A stretch of 63,833 bases of DNA, counting the filler, from Trichomonas gallinae (Eukaryota), in assembly GCA_008369845.1 (NCBI GenBank). It is 7 parts of 7 records of this genome, joined end to end, with 100 filler letters (N's around TTAATTAATTAA, not from the genome) between each part and the next. Parts side by side here need not be neighbours in the genome. Positions count along the whole stretch, not along the records: positions 1 to 5,267 come from MRSU01000701.1; positions 5,368 to 12,419 come from MRSU01000705.1; 5 more parts are not named here. The stretch is one strand, 5' to 3'. Shown here in pieces: positions 1-10,282 of the stretch (positions within the stretch are counted from its first letter, which is position 1; each line of letters starts with the position of its first letter). Under the pieces are notes generated by a model. That model searched no databases, was not told the origin of the DNA, and was given only the letters and a program-made list of their open reading frames with translations. The position numbers and the translations under genes were made by a program.

Positions 1-202
1 ACAACTCTTTTTAAAAAGGAGGATCAGACCAATTCACTGAGCTCATAGAAAAAATTGAAGGTGCAAGCGCACCCTTAAAGACAATATGTAATAATCATTA
101 AATATCGTTTTAAATTGGGTGCCCTCCTTCAGCAATTGTATCTGCATTGTATTCCCTGATATTCTGTCGGTTAGGAAATGAGATTATCGCAAAAATTATT
201 AT

Positions 203-1282
203 TTGACATGTAAATACTTTTTATTTGACAGTCATATCAAAGGTGACAAAATAATTCGAAGTCGATTTCATTATAGATTCTTTCAACGACGATCCAATAT
301 CTTTATAGTAATCGCTATATTTGTATCAATTATCTCGTTGTTTTATATCAAAACTATATATAGTCCAAACGAAACAAATTCTATATTTTTAAATCGATTC
401 CCTCACTGCAATTTATGTAATGCCATTATCAGCAAAGGCCGCGAATCTACCGAAAGAGATTTAGTTTTACTTTTTTCAACAGATAGATTTGATCGAATTG
501 AATTACTTGTTAGATCTTTAAGATCTGTAGGTTGCATCGCTAAAATAGTCGTATTAGTTCCATTTAACTCAACATTACCAACAAAATTTTCAAATTGTGG
601 AGTTGATTTTGTTGAAATTTCATCAATTTCATCTAGATTGGAAAGATCACCGCATAAAATGAGATGGGAATGGTATTATCAATATCTTATTGAGCACAGA
701 AATGAATATAATAGAATTCTTCATACAGATGCATTTGATACTTTTGCTCAGTTTGATCCTTTCTCAAAAAGCATCCGTAATGATACACTATATGCTGTAT
801 CAGAAGGAACAAAGATCAAAAACTGCATTTTTAACTCGAAATGGCTTGAAGCTTGCTATGATCACTCAATTTTAGAAGAATTAGGAAATAAAGATATACT
901 ATGCAGTGGAAATGTGATAGGAGGTGCTGAGCAATTCTTTAAACTAGTTGAAACAATGGTAAAAATGATTGGATGGGATGATTGCTGGTCAAAAGCTCAT
1001 GATCAGGCCGTTTTCAATTATGTAATATATAAGAATCATGTTTCTTCAACAAATATTCGTATATTAGGCTGCCAATCCGATTTTGTTACAATGGGAAAAT
1101 GTTACAACGGAATAAAGCCATTAATATACAAGAATAAGCTTTTGAGTCCACTGCCTAGTGGATATCCAGCATTTGTTCATCAATATAACAGATTCGAGAC
1201 TGTTGATAATCATTTTCAAAAAATATGCAACGTATCTATTCGTCGTAAGAGAAAGAAAAAAGCACAGAACATCAAAACATAA
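203..1282 (+). CDS. Type II membrane GT-A-like glycosyltransferase; start codon unresolved
   Basis: N-terminal hydrophobic anchor (IFIVIAIFVSIISLFYI), DxxD motif HTDAFD, LCSGxxIGG, DQAVFNY and HQYNR motifs. The ORF track starts at TTG; the first in-frame ATG is 599, after the anchor. Confidence 0.6.
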   Translation: MTCKYFLFDSHIKGDKIIRSRFHYRFFQRRSNIFIVIAIFVSIISLFYIKTIYSPNETNSIFLNRFPHCNLCNAIISKGRESTERDLVLLFSTDRFDRIELLVRSLRSVGCIAKIVVLVPFNSTLPTKFSNCGVDFVEISSISSRLERSPHKMRWEWYYQYLIEHRNEYNRILHTDAFDTFAQFDPFSKSIRNDTLYAVSEGTKIKNCIFNSKWLEACYDHSILEELGNKDILCSGNVIGGAEQFFKLVETMVKMIGWDDCWSKAHDQAVFNYVIYKNHVSSTNIRILGCQSDFVTMGKCYNGIKPLIYKNKLLSPLPSGYPAFVHQYNRFETVDNHFQKICNVSIRRKRKKKAQNIKT

Positions 1283-1450
1283 ATGATACTGAAAGAAAAT
1301 ACAAAATTTGTTTATATATTTGCAAATTCAATAAAAAAACAATATTTTATCTGTACAAAGTTCATGATTCAATAGTATTTGATGACAAGCAAAAATTTTG
1401 TTAATTAAAAACAATTCAAATATTTTATAACAAAACAAAAATTTGATTAA

Positions 1451-2482
1451 TTATGGTATTGCCTCGAGTCGCATTAAGTATTGAATAGATCTATGAACAT
1501 CGCCGTTATTTAAGTACATTGCGCAGAGATTATCATCTTGATTTACAAATCCTTTATTTAATAAATACTGAAGCTCTTTCGCATACTGGGTCTTAAACGA
1601 CTGAGGTACTGATCTTGCAATAATTCTTCTTTTCTCAAGCTCACAAAGTGCAATCGCGCGATCAACATTTGCAAATTGAATTCCACGTGTTTGCGCTGTT
1701 CTGATTCCCGACTGAATCTTATACATTCCGTTTGTTATGTCTTCAGTCTCTTTTCTTTCATTTCCTTGTGTTGTTGCTGTGAAACCGAGATAAAGTGAAG
1801 GCTGTGAGTTTGGCAGCGGTCCTTCTGAAGGAGTAAGTAGCTTGGTTTCAGGAATAACAGTTGGCGGCGGCGCAGGTCTGAAAATATCTTCCATTTCATC
1901 TGGGCTAAAATCGTTCATAATTCTATTTGCTGTATGAAGGAGTGAAGGATACTGATCAACCATGTTAAGCATATTGTCCATTGTCATGGCTGCTTGCTTT
2001 TGATTTCCTTTCGTTGTTGTCATCCTCAAAAGTTCTGCAAATTGCTCTGGATCATTTAAAGCGTGACCGAGCTCAGGATTCTTATCCGCTCCGTTCTTAA
2101 GTCCAGGGAAATTTTTAAGGAATTCGGCAGCAAGTTCCGGATTTTCTTCCATGGACTTAATCATTCCTTGCATAAGCGGATTATTCGCAATATTACCGAA
2201 TAATGATGTAGATTCTTGTGGATCTTCTTTAGGTTTTACCTTAACTTCAGTTTTGACTTCTTTTTGCTTTACTGAATAATAGAGTTTTGTACCTTCTGTA
2301 ATATCGTACGATTCAAGTGTTCTTTCCGGAGATAATACTTTACCTTGATAAATAATTGTAATTCTATCTGGCTCTATTTCTATTAAGCCACCTAATTCCT
2401 TTCTCACGTCGCCTGCTGTACCAAGGTGCTTTATCCATATATCGTGGATGTCGCCTTGAACATTTTCAAGAACAACAAACAT
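1451..2482 (-). CDS. Ubiquilin/Dsk2-like protein (UBL, STI1-like region, UBA)
   Basis: N-terminal UBL (IIYQGKVLSPERTLESYDITEG), NP/M-rich STI1-like middle (NPELGHALNDPE), C-terminal UBA (ELQYLLNKGFVNQDDNLCAMYLNNGDVHRSIQYL). Confidence 0.8.
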   Translation of the reverse strand: MFVVLENVQGDIHDIWIKHLGTAGDVRKELGGLIEIEPDRITIIYQGKVLSPERTLESYDITEGTKLYYSVKQKEVKTEVKVKPKEDPQESTSLFGNIANNPLMQGMIKSMEENPELAAEFLKNFPGLKNGADKNPELGHALNDPEQFAELLRMTTTKGNQKQAAMTMDNMLNMVDQYPSLLHTANRIMNDFSPDEMEDIFRPAPPPTVIPETKLLTPSEGPLPNSQPSLYLGFTATTQGNERKETEDITNGMYKIQSGIRTAQTRGIQFANVDRAIALCELEKRRIIARSVPQSFKTQYAKELQYLLNKGFVNQDDNLCAMYLNNGDVHRSIQYLMRLEAIP

Positions 2483-2975
2483 CTAAGAATTTGTTAGGCC
2501 GGGCAAAAGTGACAAAATTTTCCTTATTTTCTCATTTTTCTTGCATTTTTGCAATTAGCATAACTCGTATATCTTGATTTTTATAATGTTTCGCCTAAAT
2601 TTTTCCATCCCATTTTTTGCTAAATAATCATGATATTATGCATTTATGCATCATAATATAACTATTCTCTCATATAACATATTACGAAAAATCTTTTTTA
2701 ATCATGAATTGAAAATTTAAGGGCAATTTTATAATTTCTATAAAAAATATGAAAATATGTACAAAATAAAGACTTAATGTCGTATTATAACGTCTTAAAA
2801 TCGATGTTTTTTCGATGAAGAAACCAAATAATAAAAAAAATCAATAAAAAATGCCAGTAATATTGTTTTAAGATTTGCAAAAACCCCTGAAGCTCAATAA
2901 ATACCATTATGATAAAACCTAATTTTGGAAACGTGGCATGAACATAATAGTTGAGATTAATTTCATTCTTTACTG

Positions 2976-4238
2976 ATGGATAACCAAGAAGATGTTGAGA
3001 ATCAACTAACAAAGAAAAATGATGGTTTCCTCAGAAAATGGATACCAAGTGTTTTTCCTGCCAAAGAAGTACCCAAAGACCTTTGGAAATTTGATAATCA
3101 TGATAAATGGATGATTGGAATCCAAGTATTTATCGAATTTTTAATTTGGTGTCTTACATCAATATCAGGAGACATAATGGCTTTCATGTGTTATTGGGAT
3201 GGACCTAATTACGTTTATGCTGCAAAAACGAATTATAAAATTCCTGAAGATAATCCATGGACCCGAACTTTTAAGTATCCACCGTTTTACTTTGCATGCC
3301 ATCTTCCAGGATATCCACTTTTAATCAAAGTTTTATCGATTTTATGCTTCAACACATATTGGCTGGGTTATATTTTATCAATGCTATTCGGATCATCAAT
3401 GGTAATATACGTGTTTAGAAGATTACTAAGAATTTACGATTGTGTAGTTGATCCTACATATTCCGCATATTTATTATACATAATACCTCTTCGTTTTACT
3501 CTATACAAAGCTGTTGGAGCAAGTGAACCATTATTTCTTATATATTGCTACTTATCACTGATATTTTTCAAAACAGATCAAATGTTTCTACTTCTTTTGT
3601 CAATGTGGGGCGCATGCATCACAAGAATAGAAGGAATGGCAATAGTTGGAACAGTTGGATTATCATATTTACTAAGATTTGATATTCCTCGAGCTTTATT
3701 TTGCTCATTAGGCTTTCTTGGAACATACTTTGTAGCTCTTCTGCATTATATACGGTTCAACTCATATACGGCATACTTAGAATTCAATAAAAACACAGCT
3801 GGTTTATTAAGATTTCCATTATATGGATTTGTTATTCCAGCTGGATACCACAAATATGTGATTCAAAGTCATATGCTATTCTCAGTAATTACACCTCTTT
3901 TGGCCGGAACTTTAGTATTATATACTGTTGCAGTTCCTTTGGCCATATTTTGCACCGTTTATGCTATCTATATAACGGTGCTTTTCCATGCAGATCTTTT
4001 CAGATATTCAATTCCAGGATATACTTTAGCCGTGATTATCGGATTTGATCCGATTCTCAGCTCACCAATATTTAAGCAGCGCATGATATATGCTGTACCA
4101 TTTCTCATTATTCTTATGTTTATTTATTACTATGGTCAAATTAATTCAAACAAAGCTATACAAACATTCCTACTTGAAGTGCTTAACCCAAAGAAGTACC
4201 ACTTCGATAATGAAAACTACCGTTTGGTATCACATTAA
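2976..4238 (+). CDS. Polytopic GT-C superfamily glycosyltransferase (PIG-V/PMT-like)
   Basis: Many hydrophobic segments; YWDGPNY loop after the first TM, LPGYPLL, ASEPLF and TRIEG match the WD / P.YP / SE.LF / R..G pattern of GT-C enzymes. Confidence 0.65.
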   Translation: MDNQEDVENQLTKKNDGFLRKWIPSVFPAKEVPKDLWKFDNHDKWMIGIQVFIEFLIWCLTSISGDIMAFMCYWDGPNYVYAAKTNYKIPEDNPWTRTFKYPPFYFACHLPGYPLLIKVLSILCFNTYWLGYILSMLFGSSMVIYVFRRLLRIYDCVVDPTYSAYLLYIIPLRFTLYKAVGASEPLFLIYCYLSLIFFKTDQMFLLLLSMWGACITRIEGMAIVGTVGLSYLLRFDIPRALFCSLGFLGTYFVALLHYIRFNSYTAYLEFNKNTAGLLRFPLYGFVIPAGYHKYVIQSHMLFSVITPLLAGTLVLYTVAVPLAIFCTVYAIYITVLFHADLFRYSIPGYTLAVIIGFDPILSSPIFKQRMIYAVPFLIILMFIYYYGQINSNKAIQTFLLEVLNPKKYHFDNENYRLVSH

Positions 4239-4518
4239 TTTTTGTTTTTTTAATAAATATATAGATTCGGTTTTAGTTAGAATTTATACGTGATAAATTT
4301 CACAAATATATTAGATTTATAGATGATAAATCATAAGAAATTCAATTTCAATTTTTATATCTTTGAGATTCAACAAATATCATATGAAATTTTCTATATT
4401 ATAAACAAAACTGTAGACTAAACATTTCGAATTTAGTTATTTTTTGAATTGTATTTTTTTGATCAAATTTTATCAAAAAGTACTTGTTTACAGAAAATTG
4501 GTTTGTTCCACAAAACAT

Positions 4519-5049
4519 TTAAAGGAACTTAACACCATGTTCATCGAAATTCTCGCCTTTGATCAAAGTTGCCTTCTTTTCTTTAACAAGGCACTCTATA
4601 GCTTGCAACATTACATCCTGATCCATGTTATGGAACGCTTCACTCTGAGTATCATCGCCTTCACGGAGTTCGTATAATGTGAAAACGACGCCCTGAGAAT
4701 TATTTTTAACAGCCCATTGGTAGAAAATATTGGCCCACTGAGCTGGCTTTCTGAATATGATCTTGCATTTCGTATGTTTGTCGTCTGCCCATGAAGCATT
4801 TTGTCTGAGAACGAGTTGATCCAAGAAGAATTCGGCATCCTTCTGGGATAAAGCTCTACCGATGGATTTGTTGTTGAATAAATCTGTTTTCAAGGCATCT
4901 GCGATTTTCAATTCTTCTTTTTTATTTGCTTTGCACCAGGAAAGAATTAAATCGCACCATGTCTGTGTCTGCATTCTCTTAGCCTCCATGCATGGCTGAA
5001 CAGTCCAAAATGGAGGAAATGAATATATTGGAGGGAATTTGAACGACAT
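4519..5049 (-). CDS. VPS25: ESCRT-II subunit Vps25
   Basis: FPPIYSFPPFWTVQP N-terminus, TWCDLIL, VFTLYELREGDDT and the GVKF C-terminus are diagnostic; 176 aa. Confidence 0.95.
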   Translation of the reverse strand: MSFKFPPIYSFPPFWTVQPCMEAKRMQTQTWCDLILSWCKANKKEELKIADALKTDLFNNKSIGRALSQKDAEFFLDQLVLRQNASWADDKHTKCKIIFRKPAQWANIFYQWAVKNNSQGVVFTLYELREGDDTQSEAFHNMDQDVMLQAIECLVKEKKATLIKGENFDEHGVKFL

Positions 5050-5267
5050 TTATTTTTTTTAAAAAATTTCACCGTGTGTCATATGTCATATGACATTTAC
5101 ATGACAAAATATATTTTACATGTCAAAATTATCATTCCATTCATATCTTTTGCATTACATCATCACACTACATTTATTGTAGGGATTCAAATTTGGAAAT
5201 AATCCTGGGATTTTCCAGGATCCATTTTTTAAAACTTCTTGGTCGGATAAAATTTTGACATTTTGTT

Positions 5268-5367
5268 NNNNNNNNNNNNNNNNNNNNNNNNNNNNNNNNN
5301 NNNNNNNNNNNTTAATTAATTAANNNNNNNNNNNNNNNNNNNNNNNNNNNNNNNNNNNNNNNNNNNN
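5268..5367. other. Artificial contig linker
   Basis: 44 N + TTAATTAATTAA (stops in six frames) + 44 N. Confidence 0.98.
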
Positions 5368-5729
5368 ATCATTTTCTCACGGTTAGCCTTTGGGTTAAGT
5401 GGGGCTTCTGTGAGAAGGACTGGGTGCTCTGTTGGGTCAACACGAAGCTCGTTGTAGAATGTGTGGTGCCAGATCTTCTCCATATCATCCCAGTTGTTTA
5501 CGATACCGTGTTCGATTGGGTACTTGAGGATGAGGACACCAGCCTTGGAGCAAGCCTCATCACCGACGAAAACGTCCTTAGCGTTGCCACCGACGAGCTG
5601 CTGTTTGTACTTTGGACGGCCGACAACGGATGGGAAAACGGAGCGTGGGGCTTCATCACCAGAGAAGCCAGCCTTGCACATACCGGAACCATTATCGATA
5701 ACGAGTGTCTGAACGTCTTCTTCAGCCAT
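5368..5729 (-). CDS. ACT: Actin, 5' part (truncated by gap)
   Basis: [22 protein letters not shown]...[19 protein letters not shown] at 5729. Confidence 0.98.
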
Positions 5730-5738
5730 ATTCAGAAT

Positions 5739-5748
5739 TGTGAAGTGA
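5739..5748 (-). promoter_or_regulatory. Tandem initiator (TCACT-TCACA) of actin
   Basis: Trichomonad Inr consensus TCAYW twice, 9 nt before the ATG. Confidence 0.7.
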
Positions 5749-5825
5749 AATGTCAATAAATCCCTTTCAATTCTTTAGCCAGCGGTTTTAGCCCACAAAT
5801 TATACATAACCAGTTGCAACAAGTC

Positions 5826-6170
5826 CTCTCTTCACTTTTTGGTGTATTTCTCACTCTCTGCTGATATAGAGAATTCCAATTGATCAATAATTTTGGAATA
5901 GTTTTTTGTAATTAATTTTGACATCATTTTAAGGGCAAATAAATATTATATAGGTGTTATATAAAATAAAAAAAGGGGACGATTTTTTTAAAAGGACATG
6001 ATTCAAAAATTCTTCTCCTCACTTTTTGGTGTATTTCTCACTCACTAATGATATACAGAATTTAAATTGAGTAATAATTTTATGATCAATCAATTGTCAC
6101 TTTTAATTAATTTTAAGGGTCTAAAAAATTATTTAGGGGTCTATTCAATTTAATAAAGGGGTTGATATTT
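5826..6170. repeat. Diverged ~187-bp tandem duplication upstream of actin
   Basis: TCACTTTTTGGTGTATTTCTCACTC at about 5832 and 6019, with weaker similarity continuing to AAAGGGG. Confidence 0.75.
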
Positions 6171-7106
6171 TAATATAGGGGATTTATCTTATTTCATACT
6201 TTTAATAGTTTGATTAAAAAACATCAAACATTTTATCATCGTGAATGCAATTGATAATACTTTCCTTGATTGTGCAACTAAAAATCGTTAAACTCGCTCT
6301 TTCTTGATCTGTTTTTTTTATTCTAAGGTATATGAGTTCTCAAAATGGAACCTATTGCAATGTTTTCGATAATATAAAAGTTTAACAAGGATTGTTCATC
6401 ATCTTCATCAGGCGGTCAAAATATATGTATTCCAAATTCATCCATTTCTACCAGTAATCAACTAATATGTAAATACACAATGATATATTTAGACTTCTCA
6501 TAATGAGCTATCTTATAAAAGTTCCGAAATAATAATATGAATACAGTATTAATTGATAATTAAAATAAAACATACACATACAGAATAAGGTACTCTTGAT
6601 ATTATAACGAGCGAAAACATTTTTTTTTGCACTTTTTCACAGTTATTTTGAAAAAAATTCATTCATTGGATATATTTGACAAATGTTTGATATAAAATCA
6701 TTGAGTTAATATTCAATTGATATAAAATTAAACCATCTTTGAAATTTCTATATCAATTCAAAATTCATAATAATGTAAAACTTACTTCAATATTGAAACA
6801 TGATCATCATTATCATTTATGTAACTCAAATCTATAAAAAGAATCTCATAGATGTCAAACTGTGATAATTGGAGTATTTCGTTGCTCATTAAAGTGGGAG
6901 CAATGTTGGAAACTGCAATAAATTCTCGAGAAAATAAAATTTTGAAATTATCTCCAATTTGCATAAAATGATCACAAAGATGCATCAAATGGAATTTTAG
7001 AATTATTTTACCCAACGAATCAGATTTTTCCTCATAATTTTTGAATATCTTTTGAAAAGTTGAATAATATTTGCATTGAATTATCGGGTAAATTATTTAG
7101 AATATA

Positions 7107-9353
7107 ATGACGAATATCACAGACTTAGGCGAAGGAAGTTATCAATTTAATTCAACAGGAGCAATAACAGAAACCTATATTGCCAACACCACATTCATTA
7201 ACATATTCATTCTTGCTGGAGCAACTTCATTATCATATCAATGTTTCAAAGACTGCACAAATCTTCAAACAGTGAGTCTCCCAGATTCATTGACTACAAT
7301 TAACTCAGAATGTTTCAGTGGCGACACAAATCTACGAGAGATAAATTTATCGAATAATTTAAATTATCTTGGAAGTTATTGTTTCTATAAGTGCTCACAA
7401 CTGGCAAATATCAATCTGACATCTAACATCAATCACATTGATTACAGTACATTCAATGAATGCCGAAATCTTGTAAACGTCACATTAGGTGATAGCATAT
7501 TAAATATATATGGTGAATCATTTGCAGAATGTTCATCATTAATTCAAATTGCTTTGCCCTCAAATTTGAAAGTTTTAGATTATGCAGCTTTCGCAAATTG
7601 TTCGTCTTTGCAATCCATTTATATTCCAGAGTCATGCACATCAATTTATAGTCACGTATTTTCCGGTTGCTCAGCTCTGGAAAGTGCGAATCTTCCTGAA
7701 GGTATTGAAGGAGTTAGATATAGTGTTTTCTATGAATGCTACTCTTTGAAATCTATTATCATACCAGGAAGTGCGAAATACATTGATGACTTTGCATTCA
7801 AAGAATGTATTTCGATTCAAAATATAACTATACCAGAAAATGTGACCTATATTGGGCATTATGCTTTTTCACAATGTATGTCATTGACAAATATCACAAT
7901 TCTCGGTAATATAACATGGATAGGAAACTATTCATTCAATGGTTGTGATCTATATGAAATTAATCTTCCTGATTCTTTTGAGAACTTTTCGAGATCATGT
8001 CTTGGAGCAAATATTCATTTATACTCGATCAAAATCCCTCCAAAAGTCACTGTGCTTCCTGAGTTTTGTTTTTATGGTTCATATGGATTAAATAGTATTG
8101 GTCCTCTCGATAATATACAAGAATTCCAAATATGTGTTTTCTATAGCACGAATTTTACTACATTTACTTTTCCAAAATCATGCAATGAAATTCCAGACTA
8201 CTTTATATACAACAATACATATCTACGCGAAGTTTTCACACATGATAATATCACATATATTGGAGAATCAGCATTTTCTGTTTGTTCTTCTTTGCAATAT
8301 TTTGTTCTGCCACCAAAAGTTACTAGACTGAACGAGAAATCATTCAAAGACACCATAAGCATGAAGTATATTAAGTTTCATGATAAAATAGAAAATGTTG
8401 GTTATGCAACATTTTTCAACTCCACAGCTATGACTGTTGTTGAACTGCCAGAAAGTATTGTATCTTTGGATTATGGAGGATTCAAAGGATGCACAAGTTT
8501 AATTACTATCAATATTCCTTCAAGAATTAGAATGATACCGCGACAATTTTTCAATGGCTGCAAAAGTCTTAAAAATGTTTCACTACCTGATGGATTGAAA
8601 GAAATTCAGTATTTAGTCTTCAATCAAGCAGGATTAGAAAATATTGATATCCCATTTACTGTAACATTGCTTGGGCATCAAGTATTTAGAGACTGCAGGC
8701 TGCTTAAATCTATTGTTATTCCTGAAGGAGTCAAACTTTTGGAAACATATGCTTTCCTAAATTGTATCAGTTTAGCGAGTATTTATATTCCTCAGACTTT
8801 ACAAACAATTTCAGAAGCATGTTTTGCAGGAGTTCCAATTACGGAACTAGTCATTCCTAAAGCTGTAACATTAATTAAGTCTCAGGCTTTTTATGGATGT
8901 GAATCAATAACTAAATTGATAATTGAGGGTCCTGCTGTTGTTGAATCTCAAGTATTTACATATTGTACAAGTCTTGTTTCAATAACTCTTCAAGAAAATT
9001 GTTCAATATCTCAAGGGTTTCAATTTTGTCCAAATATTAAAACACTGAAAATCTATGATGGCATCGCATTGACACTCGATCAGACTGCTATGAATTTGAA
9101 AATTAATGTTTTGTTTTGTGGACTGAGAGATACACAAATAGAGAATACAATCAACACGTTAAAATCAATCACAGATAGAATTTATGTGACAATTGGATAT
9201 GAACATAATTCATTTGCATCATTGCCAGTTAACAAAACATTGAATGGCAAATGCAAGTATATTCGTCATTTTACGAAAGATTTACATAATAAAGATGATC
9301 AAAGAAGAACAAAACTTATCAAAATTGCATTGGCAATGAGTTCACAGATATAA
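7107..9353 (+). CDS. BspA-like TpLRR (LRR_5) protein
   Basis: More than 20 repeats of C.SL..I.IP.....I...AF. Confidence 0.92.
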   Translation: MTNITDLGEGSYQFNSTGAITETYIANTTFINIFILAGATSLSYQCFKDCTNLQTVSLPDSLTTINSECFSGDTNLREINLSNNLNYLGSYCFYKCSQLANINLTSNINHIDYSTFNECRNLVNVTLGDSILNIYGESFAECSSLIQIALPSNLKVLDYAAFANCSSLQSIYIPESCTSIYSHVFSGCSALESANLPEGIEGVRYSVFYECYSLKSIIIPGSAKYIDDFAFKECISIQNITIPENVTYIGHYAFSQCMSLTNITILGNITWIGNYSFNGCDLYEINLPDSFENFSRSCLGANIHLYSIKIPPKVTVLPEFCFYGSYGLNSIGPLDNIQEFQICVFYSTNFTTFTFPKSCNEIPDYFIYNNTYLREVFTHDNITYIGESAFSVCSSLQYFVLPPKVTRLNEKSFKDTISMKYIKFHDKIENVGYATFFNSTAMTVVELPESIVSLDYGGFKGCTSLITINIPSRIRMIPRQFFNGCKSLKNVSLPDGLKEIQYLVFNQAGLENIDIPFTVTLLGHQVFRDCRLLKSIVIPEGVKLLETYAFLNCISLASIYIPQTLQTISEACFAGVPITELVIPKAVTLIKSQAFYGCESITKLIIEGPAVVESQVFTYCTSLVSITLQENCSISQGFQFCPNIKTLKIYDGIALTLDQTAMNLKINVLFCGLRDTQIENTINTLKSITDRIYVTIGYEHNSFASLPVNKTLNGKCKYIRHFTKDLHNKDDQRRTKLIKIALAMSSQI

Positions 9354-9557
9354 GCCAATCAATATTCCTATAGTTATTTTTTCGGAATAAAAAATATCAT
9401 GAATTAGCACACAATCGAAAATACTACATCTAAAGCTTAGTAAAACATTATATATTAGATGATATTAAATGACATTTCTATATCAAAAACTAGATTGGTA
9501 ACATTTGTTTCTGTGAAATATTTTAGTTAAGTATCTGATGAATTGCAGACACAAATT

Positions 9558-10282
9558 ATGTCACTTTTACTAGTTTACATTAAAAGTGACATATTTATTC
9601 TAGTCATCGAATCGGATGATAATTTCTTTTACGTTCTAAATCATGATGGATATATTATAGGAGATGGATCTATGGATTTTCATAATGGCCTCAAAAATTT
9701 AGATTTAGTTGAATGTATAATTCCCACAAAATTTAAAAACAAACATATAATTGGTTTAAATTATCGAAGTTTTCATAGTTCCCCAAATATTGAAATTGTT
9801 TTCATTCCGAAGAATATTAATCAATTTTTTTATGATACTTTTGCCTGCTGCAGCAAACTGAGAGAATTTATTTTTGAAGATGGATTTAAAGGGATATATT
9901 TAGGAGGATATACTTTATTCCAGACAAATATATCCTCATTTACATTTCCAAGTGGTTCACAAATTAAAGATGAATTTTTTTCTGAATCAAAAATTAAAAA
10001 TATTTACATTTTTATTACATTTTAATTTTTATTTACATTTTTATTTTTGATTTCATGACTTTTAAAGAAGATCCAAATTTGCCTGTATTCCGTTCTTGTC
10101 CCCAAGAAATTAATATATTTGTTCCAGAAAATTATCCATATGACCAATTTTGTGGCAGAAATGTTCGAAAAATTCTTCCGAGTTATTTTAAATTTGAGAA
10201 AACTTACTATTACCATCATTGTTTGATCTTTTCCAACCAATTTGCATTAAATATATTTATATATGTTTTTATACTTGTATAA
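9558..10282 (+). pseudogene. Short BspA-like gene split by a frameshifting low-complexity insertion
   Basis: ORF 9558-10025 (IIPTKF, IFIPKNI, FACCSKL) and ORF 10055-10282 (IFVPENYPYDQFCG plus hydrophobic tail) join in frame if 35 nt (10014-10048) are removed. Confidence 0.7.

Noticed and set aside
5202..5221. Short inverted repeat ATCCTGG...CCAGGAT
   Set aside because: Too short to be distinguished from chance; bacterial terminator logic does not apply.
5312..5323. TTAATTAATTAA repeated six times inside N runs
   Set aside because: Assembly linker, not a biological repeat.
6240..7015. Broken coding-like minus-strand segments including a 77-aa ORF
   Set aside because: Possibly gene debris, but no family can be assigned.
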